In this document: piece by piece, positions 12,901 to 27,900 of the stretch | How the letters are laid out: each line of letters opens with the position of its first letter | Position numbering within the stretch: position 1 is the stretch's first letter | NCBI GenBank assembly: GCA_038496445.1 | Contig: JALMLS010000621.1 | Coordinates: 112,064-176,063 of the forward strand | Origin: Trichosphaerium sp. ATCC 40318 | Taxonomy: Eukaryota; Protista; Tubulinea | Reading direction: 5' to 3' | Length of the DNA: 64,000 nt | Position numbers and translations under genes: made by a program | Notes under the pieces: generated by a model | Told to the model about the DNA's origin: nothing | The model's input: the letters and a program-made list of their open reading frames with translations, nothing else | Databases searched by the model: none

Positions 12901-15900
12901 ACCTTGTACGACCTATTTTTTTCTTACTTAAAAGCACTTTAGTTGATTATTTTATTTTTTAGGTTTCACCTAGTACTGGCATGTCTAACATGAACTATGA
13001 CTTTGGTTTTATATCTCGAACTATTACCATAACCCCTAATGTGTTTTCTGATGCCGTCAATGAAAATGGTATTCAAGATGCCATGGATTCTCCTCTTCCT
13101 GGACGGAATGTGGTCATACTACTTCCTGATGGAACAGAGATTGTACGACGTATGACTGACAGTATGGGCATGGCAACGTTCGGTACAGCAGACGGTCTTC
13201 TCCAAACAACGCAATACATCATGTGTGTCGAACTGTTGATCACAGAATCTTCAACCACCATAAATGTTGGTGCTGACGACACTATCGATTCTGATGGTGA
13301 TTCTCGTACTTTTGACTTTAACATGGATGGTTCAAACGATCCTGCTTCATGTGTTGATTTTGTACGTCTTTTTACCTTTTGGTCTTATTTTATTAATCTG
13401 ATTTAGACATCGCCTATGCCTGGCGTTACTGACGACACCATTGACTTTGGCGTGGTGACACCTGAGATTGTCATTGGCGATCTTGTCTTTTCTGACGTGA
13501 ACACGAACGGAATTAAGGGTACCTGTCTTAGCTCAACTTTTGCTTGCAAAAATAACACCTCTGCACTTTAGATCCTTCTGATCCTGGCATTGCATCTCAT
13601 CCAGTTGTGTTACTTAGATCTGATGGCACTGAACTTGTTCGTACAATGACAGATTCAATGGGTATCTACTCATTCACAACTGCTGATGGTCTTCTCCCAA
13701 ATACAGCTTACACTCTATGTTCTCCAATCATACCAAATGAAGAAGTCGCTTCTCCAAATCAAGGAGCAAGTGATGATAATGACTCTGATGGTATTTTCAA
13801 TACTGCGTTTTTCGATTTTGATGGAGACATGATATTTGATGATGCTTCATGTATTTCCATCGTACGCCACACCAAACGAATAACTTGGGTATTCCTACTA
13901 ACAACTCTTCAACAGACATCACCTGATCTTGGTGTTACTGACACATCTCATGACTTTGGTTTCACCAACATACTCATTACAATCGGTGATTCCATCTTCC
14001 TTGACAACAATCGAGACGGTATCCAAGGTAAACGTTGTACTGACTAAATGATTACAAATCTAAAATTGTTGTTTAAGATGGTGGAGACACACCAATCTCT
14101 GGTGTAGACGTTGTTCTACTATTCAACAATGTCGAAGTCTCGCGAAAAACAAGTGATCTATTGGGTACATTCATCTTTGACTCGAACGATGGATTGATGC
14201 GAGACACACAACATACAATTTGTATTGAAACTCGAAACGGAGAACAGCCCACAATCGATAACCAAGGTGGAGATGATACTGTTGACTCTGATGGTATGGT
14301 ATCTACCTTTGATTTCGATGGAGACTTGGTCCCTGACAGCGCTTCTTGCGCTATTCTGGTACGATTTATTGTAAAAAAAATCAAACAATTGTTTATTCTC
14401 GTTCTTTATTTGTTTCTTTAACACTCTTGTGTTTTTTTAGATGTCGCCTTCGACTGGATCAGACTTGACTTTTGATTTTGGATTTGTACCTCAAACAGTA
14501 GCGATTGGAGATCGCATATTTTTTGATGTTAACCAAGACAACGTACAAGGTACGAAACAACTCTATTCTATAAAAAGTGAATTTGTCACTAAAAATACAA
14601 TCAAAATAGACGGTGGTGATATTGGTGTTCCATCACGACTTGTTGTCTTGTACAGAGTAAGCGATGGGTTGGAAGTAAGACGAGAATTTACTGACAGCTC
14701 TGGTGCATACTCTTTTGACACTTTTGATGGTGTTCTTCCCAATGTGCAGTACACTGTATGTGTTCCTATTCTCGCAAACGAGCGTGGAGCAGATCCAAAC
14801 GCAGGATTGGATACCATTGATTCAGATGGACTTGTACAAATCATAGACTTTGATGGTGACGGTGTCCTTGATGCTGCTTTGTGTGCTGATGTTGTACGTA
14901 TAATTGTTTGGTTTGATATTTTCTTAAATGACGCCGTGTGTAGGCTTCTGGACCGCCAGGCACTGTTGATGATACAATCGATTTTGGCGTTGTGACTTTG
15001 GATCAGTTCCTTGGAGACTTTGTATTCTTCGATGCAAACGGAGATGGCTTACAAGGTACCCAATATTTGCCTTTTCATTTAAACTTACAATGTTCAAGAC
15101 ATTGGAGATGTACCAGTTTCTATGTATCCTGTAGTTTTATTGGATACCTCTGGTGGTGTGGTTACTACGACCAACACTGATATGAACGGGTTTTATAGTT
15201 TCCAAACTTCTGATGGTGTAATGCCTGATACGGATTATATCATTTGTACTGAACTACCTCCAACTCAAGATCCTGCGACTATTGGTCAGGGTGGAGACAT
15301 CACCATTGACTCTGATGGTACCATAACTACCATTGATCTCACATCTCCGCCTGATGTAACCCTTGAGAGAGCTTCTTGCGCCTCTTTTGTACGCTATCTA
15401 TTCAGTTAATTTTCATCACTAACCTGTACTAGACATCACCAAGTGCAGGGTTTTCGAATACTGACATTGACTTTGGATTTGTGACTCAACCAATCACAAT
15501 CGAAACATTTGTATTCTCTGATGTCAACGACGATGGACGTCAAGATGCTGGTGACTCTCCAATACCATCCAGAATTGTTGTGATCACCCTTCCTGATGGT
15601 GTCACTGAAATTACACGTACCACCACATCAAGTGGAGGTATCGCCACATTCACCACATCTGATGGCATACAACATGACACACCATACATTCTTTGTGTTG
15701 AAATGGTGGCCGCAGAAGATTCCGCCATGTTAAACATCGGATCAAACGATCTCGATTCTGATGGTGATTCTCGTACTTTTGACTTTAACATGGATGGTTC
15801 AAACGATCCTGCTTCATGTGTTAACATTGTACGTGCAGTTCTTGACTTTATATTTCTTACGTATAGTTTAGGTATCGCCATCACCTGGCATGACACTTGA

Positions 15901-18900
15901 CACATTTGACTTTGGTCTTGTTACGCCAGAAGTAACAATCGGAGACTTTGTATTCTTTGATGTGAACAGAAACGGCATTCAAGGTAATCTACCGTAACCA
16001 AAAATCATGTTAACATCATCTTTAGAACCCTCAGACACAGCCATAACATCTCATCCAGTTGTGTTACTTAGATCTGATGGCACTGAACTTGTTCGTACAA
16101 TGACAGATTGATGGGTATCTACTCATTCACAACTGCTGATGGTCTTCTCCCAAACACAGCTTACATCCTGTGTTCTCCAATCAGACCAAATGAAGAAGTC
16201 ACTTCTCCAAATCAAGGAGCAAGTGATGATAATGACTCTGATGGTATTTTCAATACTGCGTTTTTCGACTTTGATGGAGATATGATATTTGATGATGCTT
16301 CATGTATTTCTATTGTACGTCGCCAAACAAATGTAACTTTGAATTATTTGACTTACAACTCTTAACAGACATCACCTGCTCTTGGTGTTTCTGATACATC
16401 TCATGACTTTGGTTTCACAAACATACAAATCGTTTCAATTGGTGACACGTTGTTTCTCGATAACAACAGAAATGGTCTCCAAGGTAAGACCTTAGTTGGG
16501 CGAAGTCAATGAGTACCAACCCTTTCAAATAGACATGGGCGATAACCCAATTATCGGATCAACAGTAGTACTAACCCAAGGTGGAACTGAAGTTTCACGA
16601 GCAACAACAGACAGCATGGGAACCTACATATTCGATACATTCGATGGCGTTCAACCTAACGTCGATTACATAATCTGTGCTGCTGTACAAAGTGGTCAAC
16701 AAGTCACTGCTTTTAATCAAGGCGATGACACTTTAGATTCAGATGGTACAGCCAGTATGTTCGACTTTGATGGAGATATGGTTACTGACCCAGCCTCTTG
16801 TGCTGCTGTTGTACGGACTAGTTTTAGTATAGTAGTAGAACAAATGTGATATCTAACGTCACGTGATTAGACTGCACCTGCAATAGGAAGCTCAGACCTT
16901 ACAATTGACTTTGGGTTTGTACAACAAACAGTTGAAGTCGGTAACAGAGTGTTTTTCGACATAGATAACGATGGCACTCAAAGTACGACTATAAATTGAT
17001 ATGACCCTTTTCGTTGTAGTAACTGATTTAACAGGTGTTGGTGATGTCCTTGCTCCTTCTAGAGTTGTAGCAATATCACGTACCAGCGATGGTATTGAAG
17101 TCGCACAAACAATTACAAACGTTGCTGGAAGCTATACCTTTGACACTCTAGCTGGTGTCCTACCAAGCACAGCATACACTATTTGTGTACAACTCAATGT
17201 TGGCGAAATACCGAGTATGGAAAACATTGGATCAGATACTGCCGATTCTGATGGTATTCTGAGCTCTTTTGATTTTGATGGAGACGGTACTCAAGACCTT
17301 GCATCTTGTGTTGACATGGTAAAGCTATTATTTTGTGTTGCTAACACTAATACCATTTTCTAGATCTCTCCACCTCTTGGCATTAACGATTTATCTCATG
17401 ATTTCGGTATCATTACTCTCAGTTTGTTTGTTGGAGACTTTGTCTTTTTTGATGCAAATGGTGATGGTCTACAAGGTGCGTAATTCAATGTTGTGATTGA
17501 CTTTGTTCTCAATTTATTCGCAATTAGACGGTGGCGACACTGGAATCTCGTCGAACTTGGTTGTACTCTTTAGAACAAGCGACCTATCTGAGGTTGCACG
17601 TCAAAATACTGATCCTATGGGCGGTTATATTTTCACAGCAGCGGATGGCCTTCTTCCAGACAGGAGTTACACCATCTGTACTGAAGTTAGCCCAACTCAC
17701 AATCCAACAACCAGTGGTCAAGGTGGAGACAATGCCATCGACTCTGATGGTGCGATTACTGTTATCGATCTAACATCACCTCCTGATGGTACACTTGAGA
17801 GAGCTTCTTGCGTTGAGATTGTACGTATGTTATGTTTAAACCAGCCGCTAATGTTCTGTTAAAAAAGACGTCACCAAGCCAAGGAATGTCAGACCTCAAT
17901 GTTGACTTTGGATTTGTGACTCAACCAATCACAATCGAAACATTTGTATTTTCTGATGTAAACGATGATGGACGTCAAGATGCTGGTGACTCTCCAATAC
18001 CATCCAGAATTGTTGTGATCACCCTTCCTGATGGTGTCACTGAAATCACACGTACCACCACATCAAGTGGAGGTATTGCCACATTCACCACATCTGATGG
18101 CATACAACATGATACACCGTACATTCTTTGTGTTGAAATGATGATCACAGAAGATTCCGCCATGTTGAATACTGGATCAGATGATCTTGATTCAGATGGT
18201 GATTCTCGTACTTTTGACTTTAACATGGATATTACAAACGATCCTGCTTCATGTGTCAACATTGTACGATAACATTCACTTTACAACCGAATATCTAACT
18301 CGTGATTGTGCTTTTAGGTATCGCCATCACCTGGTGCAATACTTGACACCTTTGACTTTGGCCTCGTTACTCCAGAAGTGACAATCGGAGACTTTGTATT
18401 CTTTGATGTAAACAGAGACGGCATCCAAGGTACTAATCTGCTTACTACAAATTTCATACTTAGGATCATTCTTAGAACCCTCAGATACACCTATCACATC
18501 TCATCCAGTTGTATTACTGCGAAGTGATGGCACTGAACTTGTTCGTACAACGACAGATTCGATGGGTATCTACTCATTCACAACTGCTGATGGTCTTCTC
18601 CCAAACACAGCTTACACTCTATGTTCTCCAATCAGACCAAATGAAGAAGTCACTTCTCCAAATCAAGGAGCAAGTGATGATAATGACTCTGATGGTATTT
18701 TCAATACTGCGTTTTTCGATTTTGATGGAGATATGATATTTGATGATGCTTCATGTATTTCCATTGTACGCCGGCACAAAACCAACATTCAAGTTTCTGG
18801 GTTTTTACTAACAAGTTATTCAGATATCGCCTGGTCTTGGTGTTTCTGATACATCTCATGACTTTGGTTTTGTAAATAACTTGACAGTATCGATTGGCGA

Positions 18901-21900
18901 CTCATTATTCCTCGATAACAACAGGAACGGCATTCAAGGTAAGTACCAATGAGGCTCGAAGAAAAATATATTGATTCGGCTTTAATCGCTTTATATAGAT
19001 GGTAGCGACGATCCAATTCCAAATGCAATCGTTGTTTTGTTGACCCGTTCTGGTGTCGAAGTTGCTCGCAAGATCACAACTGCAACTGGAAATTACATCT
19101 TTGATAATTCGGACAGCCTTCAACCTTCGAATAACTACATCATCTGTTCTTCGGTTCGCAATGGAGAACAACCTACCACTGCACTTCAAGGTTCTGACAC
19201 AACAATTGATTCTGATGGCACGCTTGACACGTTTGATTTTGACGGAGACAATTCTCTCGATCGTGCTTCTTGCGTTGACATCACATCACCATCTGGAGGA
19301 AACACCGATTTGACAATAGACTTTGGATTTATTCCTCAGACCATTGCTGTTGGAGATTCTGTTTTCTTTGACAACAACGAGAATGGCATTCAAGGTAACC
19401 TCTCCGTGTGCTTTACTCAAACTAATGTATTCTCAAAGATGCTGGAGACTTACCGTCTGGAACTCGCACTATTGTGATCATACGACAAAGCGATAATGCT
19501 GAAGTATCTCGCACTGTGACAGACTCAATGGGTCAATACAGTTTTGATACATTCGATGGTATTCTTCCAAACACAAACTACAGAATCTGTATCCCTCTCA
19601 ATGTTGGTGAACTGCCTTCGATAACAGGTCAAGGTGACGCTACAACAGATTCAAATGGTGTTTCAAGCTCATACGACTTTGACATACCTCTCAATGGTCC
19701 AGATCCAGCTTCATGTGCTTCAATTGTAAGTAACTAGAAGTGTTCAGGTTTTTTGTTAGAAATACTGACACAATGTAGACCACACCTGCTCTTGGCATCA
19801 TTGATAACACCGTGGACTTTGGTGTTGCAACTCCAGATCAATTCATTGGAGATTTTGTGTTTTTTGACGCAAATGGCAATGGCATTCAAGGTAACTATTA
19901 CACTTTTCATACGCAGTAACCAATCTCTTACCGCCACTAGATATGAATGATACACCACTTGGTGGCATACTTGTTGTGTTGTTCGATGGAAGTGGCAACT
20001 ACATTACTGAAACAAACAGTGATGGCACAGGCGCTTATTCATTCAGCACGACAGAGGGAATACTACCATCAACGCCATACATGATTTGTGTTGAAGTACC
20101 ACTTCAAAACAATCCAACAGCCACTGGTCAAGGTGGAGACAACACCATCGACTCTGATGGAAGAATAACTGCCATTGATCTCACATCACCTCCTGACAGT
20201 ACCCTCGAGCGATCTTCTTGCTTTTCCTTTGTACGTTACCTCACTTTAGACGCATTATTTCAAATATTCAATATGTAACATGTGTCACTAGACAGCACCA
20301 AGCACGGGAGTGTCAAACACTAACATTGATTTTGGATTTGTGACTCAACCAATCACAATCGAAACATTTGTATTCTCTGATGTCAACGATGATGGACGTC
20401 AAGATGCTGGTGACTCTCCAATACCATCCAGAATTGTTGTGATCACCCTTCCTGATGGTGTCACTGAGGTTACACGTACCACTACATCAAGTGGAGGTAT
20501 TGCCACATTCACCACATCTGATGGCATACAACACGACACACCATACATTCTTTGCGTTGAAATAACGATCACAGAAGATTCAACCACACTCAATACTGGA
20601 TCAGATGATCTCGATTCAGATGGTGATTCTCGTACTTTTGACTTTAACATGGATGGTTCAAACGATCCAGCTTCATGTGTTAACATTGTACGTGTACTTA
20701 GATGCTAAATATTCAATCTATACTTACCTAAGTAATCCAGGTATCACCATCACCTGGTATGACACTTGACACCTTTGACTTTGGTCTCGTTACTCCAGAA
20801 GTGACAATTGGAGACTTTGTATTCTTTGATGTCAACACAAACGGTATTCAAGGTAAAGGTGACTTGTTAAACACATTTTACTAAGTCAGGATAGAACCAT
20901 CGGATATGCCTATTACATCTCATCCAGTTGTATTACTGCAAAGTGATGGTACTGAACTCGTTCGTACAATGACAGATGCGATGGGTATCTACTCATTCAC
21001 AACTGCTGATGGTGTTCTTCCAAACACAGCTTACATTCTGTGTTCTCCAATCAGATCAGGAGAAGAAGTCACTTCTCCAAATCAAGGAGCCAATGATGAT
21101 AATGACTCTGATGGTAATCTCATCGTTTCATTTTTCGACTTTGATGGAGATATGGCACTTGATGATGCTTCATGCATCACAACGGTACCCTTTATTTTTC
21201 CTCATATTTTAGTTCTAACAAGTGTTCTTGTAGACATCACCTGCTCTTGGTGTTTCTGATACATCTCATGACTTTGGTTTTGTAAATATCTTGACAGTAT
21301 CGATTGGTGACTTATTATTCCTCGATAACAACAGGAATGGTATTCAAGGTACTCGCAAAACACAAACTGAGTGACGTTAATATTGCTATAGATGGTGGTG
21401 ATGACCCTATTTCAAATGTTGAAGTTGTTCTATTGACACGTTCTGGTGTTGAAATCGCTCGCAAGATCACCACCGGCACAGGCAACTACGTTTTTGATAC
21501 ATTTGACAATGTTCAACCTTCAACAGACTACACTATTTGCACTGCAATCCGAAACGGAGAACAAGTCTCTATGATCAATACAGGATTAGATGATACCATA
21601 GATTCTGATGGAACAACCAGTATTTTCGATTTTGATGGCGATTCAATTGTCGAACCGGCATCTTGTGTTGACATCACATCGCCTGCTCTCGGTACTGTAA
21701 ATTTAGATGTAGATTTCGGATTTGTTCCTCAAACCATTGTTGTTGGAGATTCTGTTTTCTTTGACAACAACGAGAATGGCATTCAAGGTACGCTTCGAAT
21801 ACCTTTTACAGTTTTCAAGAGCTCAATATATTTTTAAGATGCTGGAGACTTACCGTCTGGAACTCGCACTATTGTGATCATACGACAAAGCGATAATGCT

Positions 21901-24900
21901 GAAGTATCTCGCACTGTGACAGACTCAATGGGTCAATACAGTTTCGATACATTCGATGGTATTCTTCCAAACACAAACTACAGAATCTGTATCCCTCTCA
22001 ATGTTGGTGAACTGCCTTCGATGACAGGTCAAGGTGACGCTACAACAGATTCAAATGGTGTTTCAAGCTCATACGACTTTGACATACCTCTCAATGGTCC
22101 AGATCCAGCTTCATGTGCTTCAATTGTAAGTGACAATACTGTTTAAGTTACAAATGCTAACACTATAGACCACACCTGCTCTTGGCATTATTGATAACAC
22201 CGTGGACTTTGGTGTTGCAACTCCAGATCAATTCATTGGAGATTTCGTGTTTTTTGATGCAAATGGCAATGGCATTCAAGGTAAGAATACACAACATATC
22301 CTTATCACTAAAATAAATAGATGCCTCTGATATGCCTCTTGATGGAATATCTGTTGTGCTCTTTGACAACACAGACATGCCAATTAATCATATTACAACA
22401 AATGCAATGGGAGAGTACCTATTTGGTACTCAAAATGGCGTTCTACCGTCGACAACATACACAATTTGTGCTCAAATACCAGATGGCAACGATCCAACAT
22501 TACCAAATCAAACAACCGAAGATCTTGACTCTGACGGTGTCTTGCGTAACATCGACTTGTCGGCAATACCCGATGGCATTACAGAACGTGGATCTTGCGT
22601 TGCCTTTGTACGTAACTTTATTTATGTTTTGGCTCTTTACTCACGTGTTTGTTTAGACATCACCAAGTGTTGGTGTATCCAACTTAAATTACGATTTCGG
22701 GTTTAGAAACCAACCTGTGACTCTTGTCATTACTGCATTTAACGATGATAACAACAACAATATTTTTGATCTTAGCGATGCTCCAATCCAGAACAGAAAT
22801 GTTGTAATAACTGACTCTTCCGGTACAGTTGTCTCAAGGACAACAACAGACTCTTCAGGTGGTGCCACATTCGATACTTCAACAGATGGCATTCAACCAG
22901 GCACATCATACACCATTTGTATTGAAGTGCTCCCTACTGAGCTTCTTGTGAACCCTGATGCCGGTCCTGACACTGTTGATTCTGATGGAGATTCAAGAAC
23001 TTTCGATTTCAACGTTCCTCTTGATGGTACACTTGAAACAGCTTCTTGTACAGACATTATCTCCCCTGGACCTGGCATGACTGATAACACAGTTGGATTT
23101 GGTACAATAGTCGGTATCACCACTCTTGGTGATCACGTGTTCTCTGACGACAATTCAAACGGTATTCAAGGTACTACACAACATCCAGTTCCTTCCTTTC
23201 CTGACTGTACTTTGTAGATCCATCCGAAAACGGTATTACCAACCAAGACGTTGTGTTATTGCTTCCAGATGGTACTTTCGTTGCTAGCACAAGAACTGAT
23301 GGCAATGGCGACTTTTCGTTTACAACAACAGACGGTGTATTGCCAGATACAATGTACCTCATTTGTGTGGCTATACCACCAAGTACAGAACCAAGTGTTG
23401 CCAACCTCGGAGCAAATGAGACAACAGATTCCGACGGTACTCAGAACGATAACATTGCAGACTTTAACAATGACAATATTAACGATCCGGCATCTTGTGC
23501 TCAAATAGTACGCTTTGTTTTTTTATGAAGCATCTTTTTTGATTTAATTCAATAGCAATCACCTCCTCTTGGTGATACAAACAACGATGTTGATTTTGGA
23601 TTTTCAACAGTTCAAACAATAATGATTGGAGATTTTGTGTTTGTTGACGCCAACCAAGACGGCATTCAAGGTATGACATCTTTCTTCAAACTTTCTTAAA
23701 CATAAAATTTCTTACGTTTTACTAGACGGTAGCGATTTGCCTATCGTTGGTGCCACAGTAGTTTTGTTAAATCTTGCTGGTAACGAAGTCTCAAGAAAGA
23801 TAACAGACGGCAGTGGTCGTTACATGTTCGAGACTTCAGACAATGTTCAACCAAGTACAACATACAGAATTTGTTCATCAATCCGACCAGGAGAGCAAGT
23901 CACCGCTGATAACCAAGGAGACGATTCTCAAGATTCAGACGGAACACTAAGTTTGTTTGACTTTGATGGAGACTCAGTTCCTGAACCGGCGTCTTGCACA
24001 ATTATCGTACGGTTTTGATTTGAATCACTTTTTTGTTTGGTTGTATTGTTAAGTTTTTTTTTTCTTTAGATTTCTCCAGTTCTCGGAAATACAGATGTCA
24101 GTGTTGATTTTGGATTCATACCTCAAACTGTTGAAATTGGAGATCGAGTATTCTTTGATACAGATAACGATGGCACTCAAAGTACTATTGCAAACAAAAA
24201 ATTTGTCAAGCACTTAATTAACTTATTTTCAAGGTCCTGGCGATGTGCTTTTAGATTCACGCCTGGTAATTATCGCACTTGCTTCAACACGTACAGAAGT
24301 CGGTCGTGTGACTACTGGCAGCGCAGGAGAATACATTCTCGACTCAACAAATGGCATTCAACCAAACACACAGTACATTGTGTGTACTCCTCTTCAACCG
24401 GGTGAAATATCAGCACAAGCAAATCAAGGTGTCAACGATGCCATTGATTTTGATGGTCAAGACAGCTCGTTTGACTTTAATGGAGACTCAATTGAAGAAG
24501 ATGCTTCTTGTGCTGTGATTGTACGTTTCAAAAACACAACAACATGCAATTGTTCTAAGATGTTTGTTTAGACCTCACCATCACTTGGATCTACGGACCT
24601 CACAGTAGATTTCGGAATAATCACTCCACCTTTGTTTATTGGTGATTATGTCTTTAATGACGTTAACAGAGATGGCACTCAAGGTACAACTCTAGAAACG
24701 AAAGAGTTTAATTTAACTTTGCGCACAGATTCTGGAGATACAGGCGTAGCAAACCATCCAGTTGTCATTCTACAATCAGATGGCACACACTTGGCTACAA
24801 CAACCACTGACTCAAGTGGTATCTATACGTTTGGAACAAGTGATGGAGTCCTTCCACAAACGTTTTACATCATTTGTACTCCAATTCCAGCAGGCAACGA

Positions 24901-27900
24901 TCCAACAACGCCTGATCAAGTCAATGGAGCTATTGATTCTGATGGTATCGAAAGATTGATTAACTTATCTCCATCTGGTGGAACACCTGAACGTGCATCC
25001 TGTGTTGATATCGTACGTACTTTAAAACATATTCCTGGCTCTGTTAATGATTCTATTTTTAGACATCTCCTATCACAGGAGCAACAGATAATGACATTGA
25101 CTTTGGATTTGTGACTCAACCAATCACGATCGATACATCCGTGTTCCTTGATGTCAATGAAGACGGACTCCAAGACGGTGGAGATTCTGTTGTACCTTCA
25201 AGAACAGTCGTTATCACTCTCCGTGATGGTACTGAAGTTCTACGCACCACGACTTCCGGTAGTGGTATTGCGACATTTACCACGTCAGAAGGCATCCTAC
25301 CAAATACCGAATATGCCCTCTATGTTGAATTGATCGATTCAGAAATTCCAACAAGCTCAAATGTTGGTGTAGATGATACCATAGACTCTGACGGAATTCT
25401 CGGTGCTTTTGACTTTAGCGGCGATGGCGTTGATGATCGGGCTTCGTGCGCCTTTATTGTAAGTTATACCACCTCATCTATTCCTTTGTATTAACAAAAC
25501 TACGTTAGGATCCCATTCAACCAGGACAAACTGTTGATACAACTGATATTGGTCTAAGAGTTCAAACTGTTGAAGTCGGAGACGTGGTTTTCTTGGATAC
25601 TTTTGCGGATGGAATTCAATCTGGTACGCCTTACAACCACAAAAAGTACTTGTGTATCAAGCTAACAGCCTTTACAACAGATAGATTACCTGTTAGATAT
25701 GAAGACGTGGTTGTTGTCCTTCTAAGACGCGATCGAAGTGAAGTTGCTAGAACGACTACTGACGCAAGTGGAGAATACACATTCACACAAACAGATGGTC
25801 TATTGCCTTCAAGTCCTTACACAGTATGTGTTCAACAACCTCCTCAAACCGCCCTATCACCAGCGAATGTTGCATCTGTTGGTGACGCATTTGATTCTGA
25901 TGGTACAACTGGTGCTTATGACTTTGATGGTGATGGCACACTTGACAGTGCATCATGTGCTGACATTGTACGACACTTCTAAACTCTTTGACAAAGTAAA
26001 GTTGTAACACGTGTTTTCTAGGATTCGCCACCTGGAGGATCATCTGATAGGACCATAGATTTCGGATTCTTGACAGATCCTCCTATTGAAATTGGAGATA
26101 GTGTTACATTCGATATCAATAATGATGGCCTACAAGATGGTGGAGACGAACCTGTTTCTTCCCGAACAGTCGTTATTATCTATCAAGGAACAGAAGTATC
26201 AAGAACAAATACTGATGTAAACGGCAATTATCGTTTTGTTTCCACTGACGGTATCATTCCCAACGAACCTTACACAATATGTGTCGAGCTTCTACCGAGT
26301 GAAACTGTAGCACCAGCGAACCAAGGCAGCGACGATACAATAGACTTTGATGCATCATTGAATACTTTCGATTTCTCACAACCTCCAGATTCTATCAACG
26401 AAAACGCAGCGTGCTTTGACATTACAACACCAGTCTCTGGTCCTATGAGAATAGATGATTCTAACGATATTGGTATACTTCAATCGTTGATAGGTGACAC
26501 AGTATTCTATGACAGAAACTACGACGGTGCTCAAGGTACTCATTTCTTACATGCAAAAACTTTTTTTCACATCAATGGTTTAACCAGTTTTGTTAGATCT
26601 TGGAGATGGAACCTTTTCTCCTTTGCAAGTCGTTTTACTACACCAAGATATGAGCCTTTTGGAACGAACAACGACAACATTAGACGGCCAATACCATTTT
26701 ACCAGCGAAGACATGTTCTTACCTTTAACACCATACATCATTTGTGTACAACAACCTCCTGGCACTGTACCAACGACTCAAAATGCTATTGGTGATGATA
26801 CTCTCGATTCTGATGGATCTCTTGATGCTTATGATTTTAACGGGGATTCTATTGCTGATCCCGCCTCATGCGCTAGCATTGTACGTTACAACATAGTCCT
26901 TAAACAAAACCAAAAGTTAATAACCACTAACAAATATGCAGGTATCTCCACAACTAGGATCTATTGACCTCACACACGATTTTGGTTTTGTAACTGATCC
27001 TCCAATTGAAATTGGAGATACAGTCCTTTTTGATATAAACTCTGATGGCATTCAAGGTAAACGCGCTCGTTTTGGTATGTTGTTACAATCATTTCTCTAA
27101 TTTTGTTTTCAATAGATTCTGGAGATGTACCTGTACCTTCTCGTTTGGTAGTTATCGCCTTGACGAACGGTACAGAAGCCAGTCGTACAATGACGGATAC
27201 CAATGGCATGTACACTTTTGTGTCATCAGATGGCATCGATCCTTTGACAGAGTACATAATTTGTGTTGAACTCGAACAAGATGAGACAGTGTCTCCATCC
27301 AATGTCGACTACGATGCCACTCTTTCAACTTTCAATTTCGGTAGCACACCTGCACCTGCAGCTTGTACAACCATCACAACGCCATTGTCAGGCTTAGACT
27401 TAAGCACTACAGTGGATATCGGAATCATTCATCCACATGTCCCTATGATCATTGGAGATCGCGTATTCACAGATGATAGTGCCGACGGCATACAAGGTAA
27501 CAGCTTCATTTAACAAACTAAGTGCTTTCTACTAAATACTGTTTCGCAGATCCTGGAGAAGATGGACCAAGTGGTGTTTTCGTTGTTGTATTTGATACTT
27601 CTGGTGTCATTGTTACAACAACTACAACCGACACTATGGGCAGATACAGTATCCCTTCACCACCTCTTTCTCGTAATACAAACTACACTGTTTGCGCTGA
27701 TATCTCTGGTGTTTTGGGTGGACAATTCTTTCCTTTGATTCCTCCTGCAGGACAAGGTTCAGACACATCTCTGGATTCAGATGGTGTGCTGTCATTTGAC
27801 TTTGACCTTGACGGTGATGGCACAAACGATCGCGCTTCTTGTGCTCATGTTACCACATCACTTGATGGAACACCAATCTCTACTATTGATTTTGCAGTGA

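Noticed and set aside
7311-27825. Many minus-strand and alternate-frame ORFs over the giant gene
   Set aside because: They are shadows of repetitive coding sequence with biased codons. They recur with the repeat and lack independent motifs.
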